DNA of 64,000 nt from Cyanophora paradoxa CCMP329. Lineage: Eukaryota > Plantae > Glaucophyta. Positions 47,079 to 59,467 of this stretch are shown piece by piece (the stretch's first letter is position 1; each line of letters opens with the position of its first letter). The position numbers and the translations under genes were made by a program. The notes below the pieces were generated by a model that was given only the letters and a program-made list of their open reading frames with translations, did no database searches and was not told the DNA's origin. The DNA lies in assembly GCA_004431415.1 (NCBI GenBank), contig QPMI01000640.1, positions 124,001-188,000 on the forward strand, written 5' to 3'.

Positions 47079-50000
47079 ATGAGCTGCGTGCTCGGCGGCG
47101 GGGCACAAGGGGCTCAAAGGACCGCTGGTTGGACCAGGTGGGGGGTACGCAACCAATTCCGCACCGCTCCCGCCCAGCGGCACGATCGATCGCTCGTTCG
47201 CAGCATCGCAGCGCTCGCGCTTCGCAGACCCAACGCTTTACTGCCTGTACATGTGTGTGTCAGGTGCAAGCTCCATGCGGCGATGCTGGCAGCGATGCAA
47301 ATGCAAAATCTTGAAACTTTGCTGCAGGTCGATCCCTGCGGCGTGTACAGGGAGGAATTTGACATCGGCGCCAGCGGTAGCGCTGCGGCCATCATATCGA
47401 TCAAGCTCGAGGCGTGCGGGCACAAGCTCGAGGGGGCCGATCCCGCCTCGATGGCGGCAGCTCGCCGCGCGTCTTCTGCCCGTTCCCCTTCGCCAACTGC
47501 AGCAAGGAAATCGAACTTGAGCCCGCCGCCGCGCCGCCGCTCACCCGCCGACTCGGATCCAGGGCTGCCCCCTCGTCTCGTTTAAGCCAGGCGAAGATGT
47601 GACCAAGTGCCCCTCGTGCAAGCGGCCCGTCTGCCGGCGCTGCGCCGGGTCGGTGTGTGCGCGGCCCGCTAGACGCTCTCGCATCGATTCGAGCAGTGAA
47701 GACTCGCTCACGGCGGCGCAGGAGCACCCGGACGGGGCCTGCCGGCCCCCTCCGGAGCCCCACGATGCGATGGCGGAGGATCTCGGCCCCCTCCCAGCGC
47801 ACGTCAAGGTACCCGGCGCCCCGCCCCGCCCAGCCGGCCCGGCAGCCGAGGCGGCGCGGCGCACACACGTCGCCCCTCGACCGCCCCCCCTCAGGCGTGC
47901 TCCTCCTGCAAGGCTCCGATTGAGCGTATCAGCAACTGCGACCACATCGTATCCTCCCCTCATTCCGAGTTCACTCGCCTCCCTGCCCGTGTCGCGATCG
48001 CGACCTTACCCCCGCAGACGTGCCGGTGCAAGCACCAGTTCTGCTGGCAGTGCCTGACCTCCCACCTGTGCGCCCCCTCCGCCCCGCACCGAGCCTCGCC
48101 CCGCTCAGGCCGCGTTCAGGGGCCACACGCCATACTGCCCGCTTGTCCTGCCCACACCCCTGAATACGCCGCGAGGGCCCCCGAGCACGTGCCCCGACCG
48201 CCCGACGCGGACTGGGTGGAGCGTTCCGACGAGGCGCTCCGAGGCCGCGAGCTGCGGCGCGCCGGCGAGATCCTCGGGGTGCGCGTACGCCACCCCCCGG
48301 GGCGGAGCACGCCGGCCGGGGCCGACGATGGCGGGGGCGCAGGGGGCGGCAGCGTACCTGGAGGGGCGGGCGGGGCAGGAGGCCGGCGCGCTGGAGCTCG
48401 GGCGGGCGCTCGGGCGCATGGCGAGAGCCCTCGCTGCCCCCGCCGCCGTCGGCGATCGCGATGCCGTCTCCTTCCACCGCGCGCGCCACGCCTCCGACCC
48501 CGCCCGGCCTGTCCGCCCCGGCCTCGGGCCCTTCGTCACGCGCTTCCCTCTGGCTGCCCCTGCTGCGCGCCGTCCGCGCGCTCGATGCCGCCGTGCGTCC
48601 CCGCGAGGATCGCTTCGAGCGGCCCGTGCGCCCCCCGCCGGTGGCGCGGCGGTGCGCGGGCCGTGACGGGGCGGCAGGGGTACGTGGAGCTGGCGGAGGA
48701 GCGCCTCCTCCTCGGCCGCGCGCTGTTGCTGCGCATCGGCGGCGCCCACGAGGCCGTACCCCTCCTCCAGGCGCATACGCAGGCCAGCTCTGTAGCCCCG
48801 GCCCCACGGCTCATGTTCTTCCTCCCGCAGGAAGCCCTCAAGGATCTCCGGGCGGCAAACGGCGCCGCCTCGACGCCGGCGGCCGTCGCTCTCGCGGCCG
48901 CCTCCCTCTCCCACGCCCTCGCGGAGGCCAGCGACCCCGGCGCGGCCTCCCGCGCGGCCCTCGCGGCCTGCAGGCCCCTGCAGCCCGGCCCCGAGCCTCC
49001 GCTGGCGCCGCGCGCAGACGGCGGTGGTGGTGGTGGCCGCCGCGCCGGGCGGGCCGCCGCCGGATCCCGGAGGCGAGGCGGCCGCCTGGCGCGAGGCGCG
49101 CGCCGCCCTCGACGCCGCCGCCGCCGCCGCCGCCCGCGCCCCCGGTGCAGCGCCCCCGGGGGCGGCTGCAGCGGGGGTCCCGTCGTGCCGCGCCCCCGGG
49201 GCGGCTGCAGCGGGGGTCCCGTCGTGCCGCGGGGCGCGCGGCAGCGAAGCTGGGGCGCTCTGGCGGCGGCGCTGGGCGCGGCGCACCCGCGTGCGGCGGC
49301 GGCGGCGCGCGTCGCCGACGCGCGGGTGCGACCTCCAGGTGCGACCTCGCAACGACTCCCGCGTGAACTTCGGCTCGTTAGCTCATCAGAGCTGCATGGC
49401 GATCGTCGTTCGAGGCTCGCTGACGCGGGGCGCGCCGCGGGGCAGGAGGCGGAGGAGGACGGCGTGGGGGCCCTCGCCTGCTTCGCCGAGGAGTGCGAGC
49501 GCGAGCTCTGGGAGGCCCTGGACGCCGCCCGCGCCGCCCGCGCTGCCCTCGCCGCCCCCGCCCCCCGCCGCTGCCGCGAGAGCGAGCTCCGCCCCGCCCC
49601 TCGCTCCGCCTGATAACCCCGCGCCATGCTCGCCATCCCCCGGCCTATCCTGGAGTCCTAGCGCACTCCTAGCCCCCGCGCCCCCCAAGCCCCGCCAGGA
49701 GCAAATCGAGCAGCCTTATCCTTCCCCCGCGTCGCAAACCATCCCGCAGGCTGACTTGGAGGCTGCGCGGCGGGAGCGCGGGCACGGGAGCGCGGGGGCA
49801 GCCCTCCCCGCGGCCGCCTTCGCGGAGGCGGCCGTGGCCGCGGGGCGCCGCCGCGCCGCCCCCGAAGCCCTCGAGGTGCCTTCCCCCAGCAGGCCCCGCC
49901 CCTCGCTCCTTCGCTCTAGATCTCCTGAGCCTCACGCTTCTTCCCCAGCAAGCGGAGGCGGCGCTGGAGGCGGCGCCCGAGCACAAGCCCGACGCCGAGC

Positions 50001-50136
50001 TGCGGGACTGGGGCGCCGCGAGCTTCGCCGCCCTCGCCGCCCGCGCCGCCCTCCGCCACCCCGACGCGCCCCTCGTCGACGCCCCCGCCGAGCTCGAGGC
50101 GAGCGCCTAGACGAATGCAGTTTGAATAAAGGCTGA
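47079..50136 (+). CDS. RBR-type (IBR + RING2) E3 ubiquitin ligase-like protein with an Ala-rich helical C-terminal extension
   Basis: RVFCPFPFANC..VTKCPSCKRPVCRRC..EHPDGAC (IBR); ACSSCKAPIERISNCDHI-TCRCKHQFCWQC (RING2 with catalytic-position Cys). Boundaries approximate. Confidence 0.68.
49150..49231. repeat. Two-copy ~40-bp tandem duplication
   Basis: gcgccccc(g)ggggcggctgcagcgggggtcccgtcgtgccg occurs twice back to back, probably intronic. Confidence 0.8.
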
Positions 50137-50313
50137 GGCGGCGGCGTGCGGTTAGCTTTCGATCGATATCAGCACTTTGCATGTGCACGTGCAGCGTTTT
50201 TGGAATCGGTCTCGCTTCGAATTCGGATTCTATACTCACAAACACCGGAGCGCCTTTCAAGCTCAAGCTAACGGCGGCCCGCGTTTGAGTTCGAATGCTG
50301 CGCCGCCTCGAGC

Positions 50314-51000
50314 TCACCGCCGCGCCGCCGGCTGAGCCTCCTCCGCAGAGACGACGCAGGAGCGCCCCTCCCAGTTCGTCGCTCCGCACTGCACGCGCCG
50401 CGAAGCCGCAAGTGAATTAGACGGCGCAGCGCGCGATCCAAGATCGAGAGCCCAAGGAATCCGAACTCGCGATCGAGCGGCCGCACCGAGCAACGCTGCT
50501 CCGGGGGCACGCTCGCTTTGACGGATTCGACGTGCACTGCACATGTGCAGAAGAGGGGGCGCGTCAAAGCTTAAGACACAGCTGCAGGCGCGCGGAGTTG
50601 GGGTTTGGGTTTGGGTTTCGGGCGCACTCCCGCAGCCCGTCCAGCTCGTTTTGCCGCACTGGGAGCTGCGGGAGGCGCGTCAGCTGCAGGGGCAGTGGGC
50701 GAGGCGTTGATCCCCGCCGAGGCGAGCGCCTGGCGCCCGCGTCACGCATAGCGCAGCAACACAAAGGCCGTTGGCGGGCTAAGAAGAGCAGGATCCGGAA
50801 TGGATGATAGCTAACGCTCGCAGCTTCCGCCCTGGCATCGACGGCACCGACGTGGCGCATGGGCGAGCTCGAGTGTTCGGCGGCACCGACGTGGGCGAGG
50901 CGACGACCCAGCCGCGAGGCGACGACCCAGCCGCGTGGCTTCTACCGAGCACCATTCTCTCAAAAGAACGCCGCACGCACCACTTGCACGGGCTGCACAT
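50314..51000 (-). CDS. 60-aa Cys-rich putative metal-binding microprotein (4 exons)
   Basis: Exons 51000-50981, 50665-50628, 50536-50487 and 50388-50314, all GT-AG, total 183 nt: MCSPCKCSQCGKTSWTGCGMHVESVKASVPPEQRCSCGATNWEGRSCVVSAEEAQPAARR*. Confidence 0.8.
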
Positions 51001-51205
51001 TTTTGCTAAGGCTTGCTTCGAAACAACCGCACGCCGACTGAGCGTCGCGCGTCCGACTCGCGGGGCCGGGCGGGTACACGAATGACTGTTAACCTAAGAG
51101 AACTACGTATACACTTCTCTACCCAGTGTACGGGGGTCGACACACGAAGTTGGCCAGCGGCCTAGCGTCGAAGCCTGCTTATCCATAGCACGCGGCTACA
51201 CGCCA

Positions 51206-52842
51206 ATGCGCTTCATCGACGTTGGGGTGAACCTGAACGATGACATGTTCGCGGGTGTCTACAACGAGAAGAAGGCAAGTGAAGCGCCGCGCTCCTCCCA
51301 GCTCTTCGCGCGTGCCGATCGCCCGGACAGGCGCACGACCCGGACCACGATCTGATCCTGAAGCGGGCGCGGGAGGCGGGTGTCGAGCGGGCGATCGTCA
51401 CCGCCGGCTTCTGGGAGGAGTGCAACGCGGCGCTCGAGCTCGTGAGGCGCCTGGCGGACGTCGAGGGCGCCCCGCGGCTCTACAACACGATCGTGCGCGC
51501 GGGCCTTCCACCGCTTCCCACCGCACGCGCCCTCTCGTGCTCAGGCAGCGCCGCATGCGCAGGGTGTGCACCCGACGCGGTCCGCTGGGCCCGGGAGCGA
51601 GGCGCTTGGCGTCTCTCCAGAGTTGCTTACGCGTACGCCGGCGCCGCAGGTGCCAGGAGTTCGAGACGGCGGAGGGAGGGCCCGACGCGCACCTTGCCCG
51701 CCTGCAGGAGCTTATCGAGGCCAACAGGGGCCGGGTGAGCAACGCCTGTACCCTCGACGCCTGCACTCCCGCAATAGCACCCAACCGCCCCGCGTCGCAG
51801 GTTGTTGCGGTCGGGGAGTGCGGGCTCGATTACGACCGGCTCCACTTCTGCCCGAAGGAGGTCCAGCTGAAGTGCGCCGTACCCCCACTTCGACCGCTCG
51901 AAGCTTATACTCCTCTTTCGAAGGCACTTCGAACGTCAGTTCGAGCTGGCTGAGCGCACGGGGCTACCCCTCTTCCTCCACAAGCGCGCCCTTACCGCCG
52001 CGTCACCCGCCGCAAACCCCGCCGCGCACCCTCCTTACGCGTACCACCAACACGCAGCCGCGCGACCGGAGACGATTTCGCGGGTTCCAATCCTCCCACG
52101 CCTGTGGCCTCGCCTGCCTGCCCGCTGCCTCACTCGAACCCGCCCCCTCTCCGGTATCCCCCCCGGTATCCCAGACCTAGTGCGGAGGAACCGGCATCGG
52201 TTCAAGAGCGGCGTGGCGCACTGCTTCACGGGGGGGCTGGAGGAGGCCCGCGCCCTCATCGATCTCGACCTCTACATCGGTGGCCCCCGCGCCCCCTCCC
52301 CCCGCCCCTCGCACGCTGCGATCTAAGCGGTGGGGCGGGAAGGCGTCACGGGCTGCTCGCTGAAGACGGAGGAGAACCTGGCGGTCGTGCGCGAGATCCC
52401 CCCGGAGCGCCTCATCCTCGAGACCGGTGCCCCCGCCCCGCCCCCGCCTTCCGCTCCCGCCCCCCCCCTCCTTGAGTGCGGACGGCAGACGCGCCGTGGT
52501 GCGACATCCGGCCCACGCACGCGGGGTACAAGCATGTCCTCACGCAGTGGCCCTCCGTCAAGAAGGAGAAGCGCGCTCCGGCGCCGCGGCGTGCCCCCCG
52601 CCCCCTCCCTCCTTGAATCGGCCCGCAGGTTCGAGCGGGGGAAGACGGTCAAGAACCGCACGGAGCCCTGCCACATCCGGCAGGCGAGCTCGCGTACCCC
52701 GCTCCCTCATACTTCCCGTTCTGAAGTGTACCCCCCGCAGGTCGCGGAGGTGGTGGCGGGGGTGCGCGGGGAGGAGCCGGCGGCGCTGGCGGCGGCGGCG
52801 TACGAGAACTCCATGCGCCTCTTCTTCCCGTCCGAGCTCTAG
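51206..52842 (+). CDS. tatD: TatD family DNase (TATDN1-like)
   Basis: [78 protein letters not shown]. Confidence 0.93.
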
Positions 52843-53011
52843 CCGGCCGCGGCGCCCGCAGCCGAGCGCTATAGCTAGCATTCACTTCATTGTTGATGCC
52901 ACAACGACGCCCCACGAAAAGAAGTTTGCATCTTCGAATTCGAGTCTGAAGCGCAAACTTGAGAGATGCATTCCATTCCATTCACTTTCGCCCGCGCGGT
53001 GCTTTGCCGCG

Positions 53012-56000
53012 CTACGCCGGCAGGGAGGGGGATGGTGCCTGCGCGGGCGGGGTGCCAGCCGCGAGGCGCGCCTTCTTGCTGCGCTCCCGCTCCTCCCTCA
53101 GCCGGTTCTGCTGCTCGAAGTGCTCCAGAGCCCTGCCGCCCGCGGCTGCGTGAGAGGGGGCGGCGCGGTCTAGGGGCTCTCGAATCGCTATACGATCTGG
53201 GGGGCACCGGTCGAGGGACTGGGTGATGGGCATGAGCATGGGGCAGAGGCGCGCCCGCTGCTCGCCCGGCACGCTCCCTCCCAGCGCCCGCACGTTGTCG
53301 TAGAGCTGCCGGCACGGTGACTTAGCCATGGAGGGGGGAGGGCCAGCGCACTGCACCTGGGACATCGCCTGCGTGATCTTTTCTGCCCTCTGCGAACGCG
53401 TCCGAGGAGGAGGGATCAGAAGACTGCGAGGCGGGGGGGAGAACTGACTGGGCGCGCCGCTTGGAGGAAAGGGGCTGTGATGGGGTAGCACGCCCAGAAG
53501 TGCCGCAGCAGCTCGCACGAGTGCGCGAAGTGCGCCTGCGGGGGGCCGCCCCGGCCTCAGCAGCGCCCCCGGATAGCGCGCGCTGACCCCGGCGGCGCGC
53601 CTTCAGAGCGACGGCGAACTCGGAGGGGGTGCGCAGGTCGGCGTCCTCGGCGCCGCGCGCCGCCCGCGCGGAGAGCGCGTTCTGCTGCGTCTGCTCCGCC
53701 AGCACCTGCCACCGGCCTCGCCGCGCGCGCGGGAGCGGCGCGGGGGGCCCGAGGCGCGGACCTTGGAGGCGAGGGCGTCGGGCACGATGGCGCTGCGCAG
53801 GCTGAGCAGCGGCGCGCTCCCCTCCGGCCCCGCCTCCAGCCCCGTCCTCAGAGCCTCCAGCCGCCCCTCGAACGCCGCCAGCATGCGCGCCGCCTGGCGC
53901 CCCCTCAGGCGGGAAGGGCAGCCCGAACGAGAAGTGCGCGCGCCTGCTCGGGGGTCGGGGGCGGCTCCTCCACGGGCGCCGCCCGCTGGCTCGCGAAGGC
54001 CGACGCCGCCCCGAACGGCGTCGACGCCTGCTCCCAAAGTGAGGAGGCGAACCAAGGAGAGGGGGGCCGGGGTACGTATGCCTGCGGCGGCGGCTCCGGC
54101 GCCGCGTTTGCGTGGGCGTCGAAGTACCGTCGCGGGTCCTGCGGGGAGCGTGGGCCGCCGGCGCCGGGAGGCAGACAAGGGGGTACCGCGATGCGGAGGG
54201 GCAGCAGCGCCGGCGGCGCCTCCTTCTCCAGGTCCTGTACCCCCGGCCCCGGCGTGAGGAGTCGCGAACCCCCCGTAGTGCCGGGCCGGGCGGACCTTGA
54301 GCCGCAGCTGCTCGGCCACCTTCTGGTGGGTGTCCTCCGCCGCCTGCTGCACCCATCAGCGCCCCGCGGCCAAGTCTCCGTGCCCCCCCCTCCCACCTGG
54401 GGGGGCGGAGTAGCGGCGGGGCGGCCCTTGGCGGGGGGCGGGGCCGGCGGCGCCTGCGCCTGCGCCTCGCGCGCCGCGACGGCGTCCTCCGACTCCAGAA
54501 TCAGCGCCCCGTGCCTGCGCCGCCGCCTCAGGCGGCCCCGCCCGCGCCCGCCCTGCCGCCCGCGAGGCGCGCCTGTTGAGGGTGCGCAGCACGCGGGTGC
54601 GCTCCTTGGAGGGCGGCGCCGGCGGCTCGGTGCGCACGCCGTAGCCCTGCGGCGGCGGGGGGGCGTGAGGGAGGCGGGGGGCGGGGGCGGGGGCGGGGCG
54701 GGGCGGGCCTCGGGGAGGCGGTCGTCGGCGGCGAGGTTGACGGTCGGCTCCAGCCGCCGCACCTTCGCCTTCAGCTCCATCGCCAGCGCTGCCACCCGCG
54801 TCGCCCGGAGCGGAGGAGAGCCCCCCGCCCCGCCCCGCCCCGCCCCGCCCCGCGCACCGCTCGTGTCCTCCTCCAGGCACTTCGCGAAGATCGGGTCGAT
54901 GTTGGCTACCGAGAGAGACCCGCCCGCCGTCCCGTCCTGCCGTTCCGAGCCCACGCATCAGCCCGGGACCCGCCGAGCTCGTGCCTGACGGGGCGGCCCT
55001 CGCAGGGCGGCGCCTTCAGGGCGCTTCTCAGCCGACGGGCTGTGAACCCGCCTATGGCGCCTCTGACCCCGCCTTGAGGCGCGCGCGCCTGGGCGTCGCT
55101 TGCGCGGTCCCTGAAGAAGTATTTCGACTGGAAGTAACGCGTCCAGAACTCTTTCTCGCTGAGCTGCTCGGAGGTAGCGAGGCGCCGGCCAGCGCAGCTC
55201 AGCGCAGAAAGCTGGGTAAAAGATGCGTCGGGCACCTTGTGCGGCACGTTCTGCAGGTACGCGCGGTGCACCGCCGGCGTCTCGACGAAGATCGCGTGGA
55301 TGACCTGTTGAAGACAGCACAGCGGTGGGTACAGTGGAAAGCTAGGAGGGTACACGTGAAAGGTGTGCGGGGCCCCTCTGAGGGGCGCGCGCGGGGCACG
55401 CGGACCTCCGGAGTGACACGGAAGTGGAGCTTGTTCGCGGTGTCCTTTCAAGTGCCAGTTCCCGGTCGGTCGGGGGTACCGCCCAGTGGGGGCGGGGGTA
55501 CGGGGCCCGACCTGCTGGGGCTTGAGGTCCGAGATGAGCGCGTTGGGCATGCCCGTGCGCCTCGCGGCCTCCATCTCCTCCTCGCGCCTCAGCAGGGCCT
55601 GCGGCGGGGGTGAGGGGCCGGGGGCGGGGCCGGGGGCGGGGCCGGTGGGGGGGTGCGCGGGCCCTCCTGGAGTCCCAGAACTCGTCGTCGGTGACGACGC
55701 CGCCGCGGACGAGCTGCTCGTGCAGCCGCCGCAGCTCCCCGTCCCGCGCCAGCAGCTCCCCGCGCGCCCGCACCTCCCGCTCCGACACCGCCGCCGGCGC
55801 CGGCGGCGGCGTGGCCGCCGGCGCCGGCCGCTTCGGCGGCGGCCGCGGAGGGGCGGCCGCGGCGGCGGGTGGAGCGGGCGGGGCCGGGGAGGCAGCCGGG
55901 GCAGGGGCGGATGCGGACGGGGGCGGGGAGGAGGAGAGGCGGGGGGGCGGGCTGGGAGCGGGGCGGGGGACCTGGCCGTTGGCGTGGAGCAGGTCGGCGA

Positions 56001-56433
56001 GCAGGTCGCGGAACGAGTCGCGCTCGCGGTACGTCGCCTCCCGCTCCCGCGCGGCGTGCACGCCGAAGTCGAACGTGAACGGCCCCGCCGAGCCGCTGCT
56101 CGACGCCCCCTCCGGCGGGTTCACGTCCACGCGCATCATGATCGGCTTCGCGGGATCCTGCTTCGTGACCATGTAGCCTGCGCCGCGCTCGGCCGCAGCG
56201 GGGCACACGGGTTGGGTCGGCCGCAAACCTTTCATCGACGCGAGGGACACGCGCACGGAGGAAGTTCCCGGCAGCGCCTCCGTCCACGCGAGCGCCTCGC
56301 GCGTCAGCTCCAGCGTCCCGTTCTTCTTCTGGTAGCGGACCTGCACGGTACGGCGGCGCTCGATCGGGCGCCCGGCTCGACCGCCCGTGCACCAGGGCCG
56401 CACCATCTCTACGCGCTGCAGGATCTCCTCCAT
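53012..56433 (-). CDS. GTF2H1: TFIIH p62 subunit (PH-like domain plus two BSD domains)
   Basis: VRYQKKNGTLEL (PH-like), [59 protein letters not shown]. Confidence 0.85.
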
Positions 56434-56526
56434 CGAGCCAGTGTCGGCGAGGGGGAGGGGGGCAGCTGAGTCCGGGTACGCGGAAGTTTGCCGGGTACGC
56501 GGCAGTCCGGGGTTTTCGGGAGTAAC

Positions 56527-57025
56527 ATGGCGCCGAAGTCGGGCATCGGTGCGGCTCTGCGATCGCTGGCGTAGCTGCGGATCTGATCTCTGAACCTTTT
56601 TGCAGCCGTTGGGCTCAACAAGGGCCACGTGACCACCAAGCGCGAGAAGATCGTGCGGCCGGCGAGCCGGAAGGGGGTCAGTCGCTCCCCAGCTAGTGTC
56701 TAGAGGCCTGCTGCACGCGGGCCTCGCGACCGCACGCCTCGCTAACCCGCTCCGGCCGCAGACTCTCGGCAAGCGCGTGAAGCTCATCCGCGAGGTGATC
56801 CGTGATGTGACTGGCTTCGCCCCGTACGAGCGCCGCATGCTCGAGCTTCTGAAGGTCGGCAAGGACAAGCGCGCCCTCAAGTTCGCCAAGAAGCGGGTCC
56901 GCTGTGCATGTGCTTCTCGAGCGCCGCCCCTCCTGACCCGATCGCAGCTCGGCACCCACATCCGCGCTAAGCGGAAGCGGTCCGAGATGGAAACCGCGCT
57001 CCGCCACATGCGTGCCAAGCACTAA
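56527..57025 (+). CDS. RPL36: 60S ribosomal protein L36 (eL36)
   Basis: [61 protein letters not shown]; 3 introns. Confidence 0.97.
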
Positions 57026-57274
57026 GCTGCTTGTGCATGATCACGTGGTCGCCTACCTCGGCAATCCTGTATGGAGTTTCTGTGACTCCATCAATCAACC
57101 CCGGCATCAGATGTATCGCCGAGCACGCGGGGCCAGGCGCTATCGGGCGGCGAGCGAGCCCTGGCGGGGCGCTGTTTCCGGCTAGCAGCTTAGCTCTGAG
57201 CGGGGCGCCGGGCTTGGGCTCTGCGGCTCTTTCAGTCATCCCTTTTCCGCCTTTATCCTCCCGTTTCGTTCTAC

Positions 57275-57409
57275 TTGCCCAATTAAAAACGGAGTGCGGG
57301 GGATGCAGACCCCCCGTGCCCTGTCCTGTCTTGGGCGACAGCGACTCTTCCATGTTCCTGTCGTGGGCGCTATACTAATGGCGCTTACGGTGACTTATTG
57401 GGGACAGTT
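57275..57409 (+). ncRNA. Putative H/ACA box snoRNA, copy A1
   Basis: Hairpin (GCCCAA..TTGGGC), hinge ACAGCGA (atypical H box), second hairpin, then ACA at 57404-57406 plus 3 nt. Confidence 0.65.
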
Positions 57410-57446
57410 CCCGCTGTTCTTCCACTATCTCTCTTTTCCCGTCTCC

Positions 57447-57597
57447 GTGCCCTTACGAAACAGCGGCATAGGAGCCCGCGGGCTCTGCCTATGCTCTGTT
57501 GACATTTTGTCATGGGCCAGAGGAATCGCTTCCAGGATCGTTCCAGTTGTGCTCTGTCGCTCTCCGGCGCAGCTGGTGGTTTACAATGGGCACATCT
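57447..57597 (+). ncRNA. Putative H/ACA box snoRNA B
   Basis: 5' hairpin (GCCC..GCATAGG/CCTATGC..GGGC), canonical H box AGAGGA at 57519-57524, 3' hairpin, ACA at 57592-57594. Confidence 0.6.
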
Positions 57598-57628
57598 TCC
57601 ACCCATTCTCTAGAAGCCCCTCTTTCGT

Positions 57629-57763
57629 TTGCCCAATTAAAAACGGAGTGCGGGGGATGCAGACCCCCCGCGCCCTGTCCTGTCTTGGGCGACAGCGACT
57701 CCTCCATGTTCCTGTCGTGGGCGCTATACTAATGGCGCTTACGGTGACTTATTGGGGACAGTT
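57629..57763 (+). ncRNA. Putative H/ACA box snoRNA, copy A2
   Basis: Near-identical to 57275-57409. The two substitutions I see both convert G-U pairs to G-C pairs. Confidence 0.65.
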
Positions 57764-58150
57764 CCTCGCACTCGCCCCCGGGCCCCCCGATAGAGAGTCC
57801 TTTCACGACCCGGGCCCTGCGCTACGAAGGAAGCCCTCCAACCCCACTCGTGCTTGCCCATGCGGCTCCCAGCGAGTTTTCACGTGCACGTATACGTAGG
57901 CGTGTCGTTTCGAATTCACAAAGCTTAAGATAACCCGGATTCTCGGGCGTGAGATTCAGCTGCAGGCCTAGGGCCGGGCGAAAAAAATTGAAGACTAGTA
58001 CTAGTATTGGCGGTGGCAATGCATGTCTTAAATTCATTAAGCTTGCAGACGTCCATATTTGTCTAGCCTAGATCCGTATATAAAATCTGCGGGGCCACAG
58101 TACGGCCCATCCCGTACCGCATTCAATCTAGTCAGTCTCCGGGTACCAGT

Positions 58151-59467
58151 CTAGCTCCAGACATCTCCTTTAAAGATTCTGAGGACGCCGGGATACGTGG
58201 ACCATGGCGCCAGGCGGGCCCTCACACTCGCCCCAGCGTCCTTCTGTGGGGGCGTCAGGTGGACCTGATGGGCGGAGGGAGTAGAAGGGGGAGGGGTACG
58301 AGCCATGATCTTCTCGTGGAGAGCCCAAGACTCACGAGGAAGTAGCAAATCGCATTCTCTGGACCCAGAACCGGAGGAGGGGGAGGGTAGAAGTGTGAGC
58401 CGGGTACACAGCAAAGAAGGGCATTGTCTCGCGCACCGAAGGCACGTCGCGGGGCAGAAGTCGCCTACGTAGTGGGTCGCGGGTCAAATTTCGCAGGAGA
58501 GAGAGAGGGCGCACTCGAAGGAGATATCGACGTACCCCCTCCGTCCCCGAGGTACACGATGCGGGCCCATGACCCCTCTGCCAGGATCGAGCGGACGATG
58601 GAGCCTGCGGGGGCCATGGAAGAGGGTCGCGCGGACAGAGACACGGTCGCAGGGATATGCGGACCCTTGCACAGGTTGGGCGGGCAGAGCGGGCAGCCGT
58701 GCGGGGGCAGCTCGGGGGCGTGGTAAGGCCGGACCCGCAGCGGGCCGCGCCCGCTGCTTTCAAGGTGCGCGGGGTTGGTATACACATGCGAGAAGAGCTC
58801 AGCGACGCCGTAATGCTGCGCGGGGTTCGCTCGTTCGTGTACTGGACTCCGAGGCCGCGATTCGAATTGGAGCGGACCCTGCAGATCGTGTCGATGAAGT
58901 TCGTGTTGGCGTCTGAGATGATGCGAAGTTCAAAGCCGCGGGCGTGCGACTCGCGGAGGACCTCCAGCATGGCCGGGTGCTGCGTCACGCGCGCTTAGCC
59001 TGAGCCTCGCAGCAGCACCTGCGCGGCCTGACCAAAGTGCAGGTCTGAAGCGCACGGGCCAGGTCTTCCGGACTGTGTCCCCGATGCCAGAGGATGCCCA
59101 GCATCCGATCTAAGCGCGTACGGATTCAGAGCTTAAGCGTGCGGATCGCACCCCCAAGCAGATCGCCTAGGCGAAGGCATTAAGAACATTCAGGCATTCA
59201 TTCTAATAGAAGAACATAATAATAAGAGCAAAAAAACGGACCCATGAGCTGCGTCCAGCCGATGCGCTCCGCCGCTTGAATCTCACGCATCTCGTTGATC
59301 ATATCGGGAGACAGCACCGTAAAGATGTGCGTGTCACTGTTTTCGTCGATCTGCGAAGAGTCTCGCACACTTGACAAGGCATGCAGCCGCGCCGAGGCGT
59401 GCGTGCGTACCAGCGTGTGATCGAAGTCGAAAAGGACGAGCACCTTGCCTTCTCTCAAGTCTGCCAT
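58151..59467 (-). CDS. HAD phosphatase, PHOSPHO1/2 family (pyridoxal-phosphate/phosphoethanolamine phosphatase-like)
   Basis: VLFDFDHTLIDENSD, LRIISDANTNFI, VYTNPA, HGCPLCPPNLCKG, IVYLGDGG-DFCP. Confidence 0.9.

Noticed and set aside
50595-50622. Interstitial telomere-like TTTGGG repeats
   Set aside because: Only 3-4 imperfect copies, lying inside an intron of the microprotein gene.
57031-57899. Protein-coding ORFs with an internal repeat downstream of RPL36
   Set aside because: Better explained by duplicated structured RNAs with pairing-preserving substitutions.
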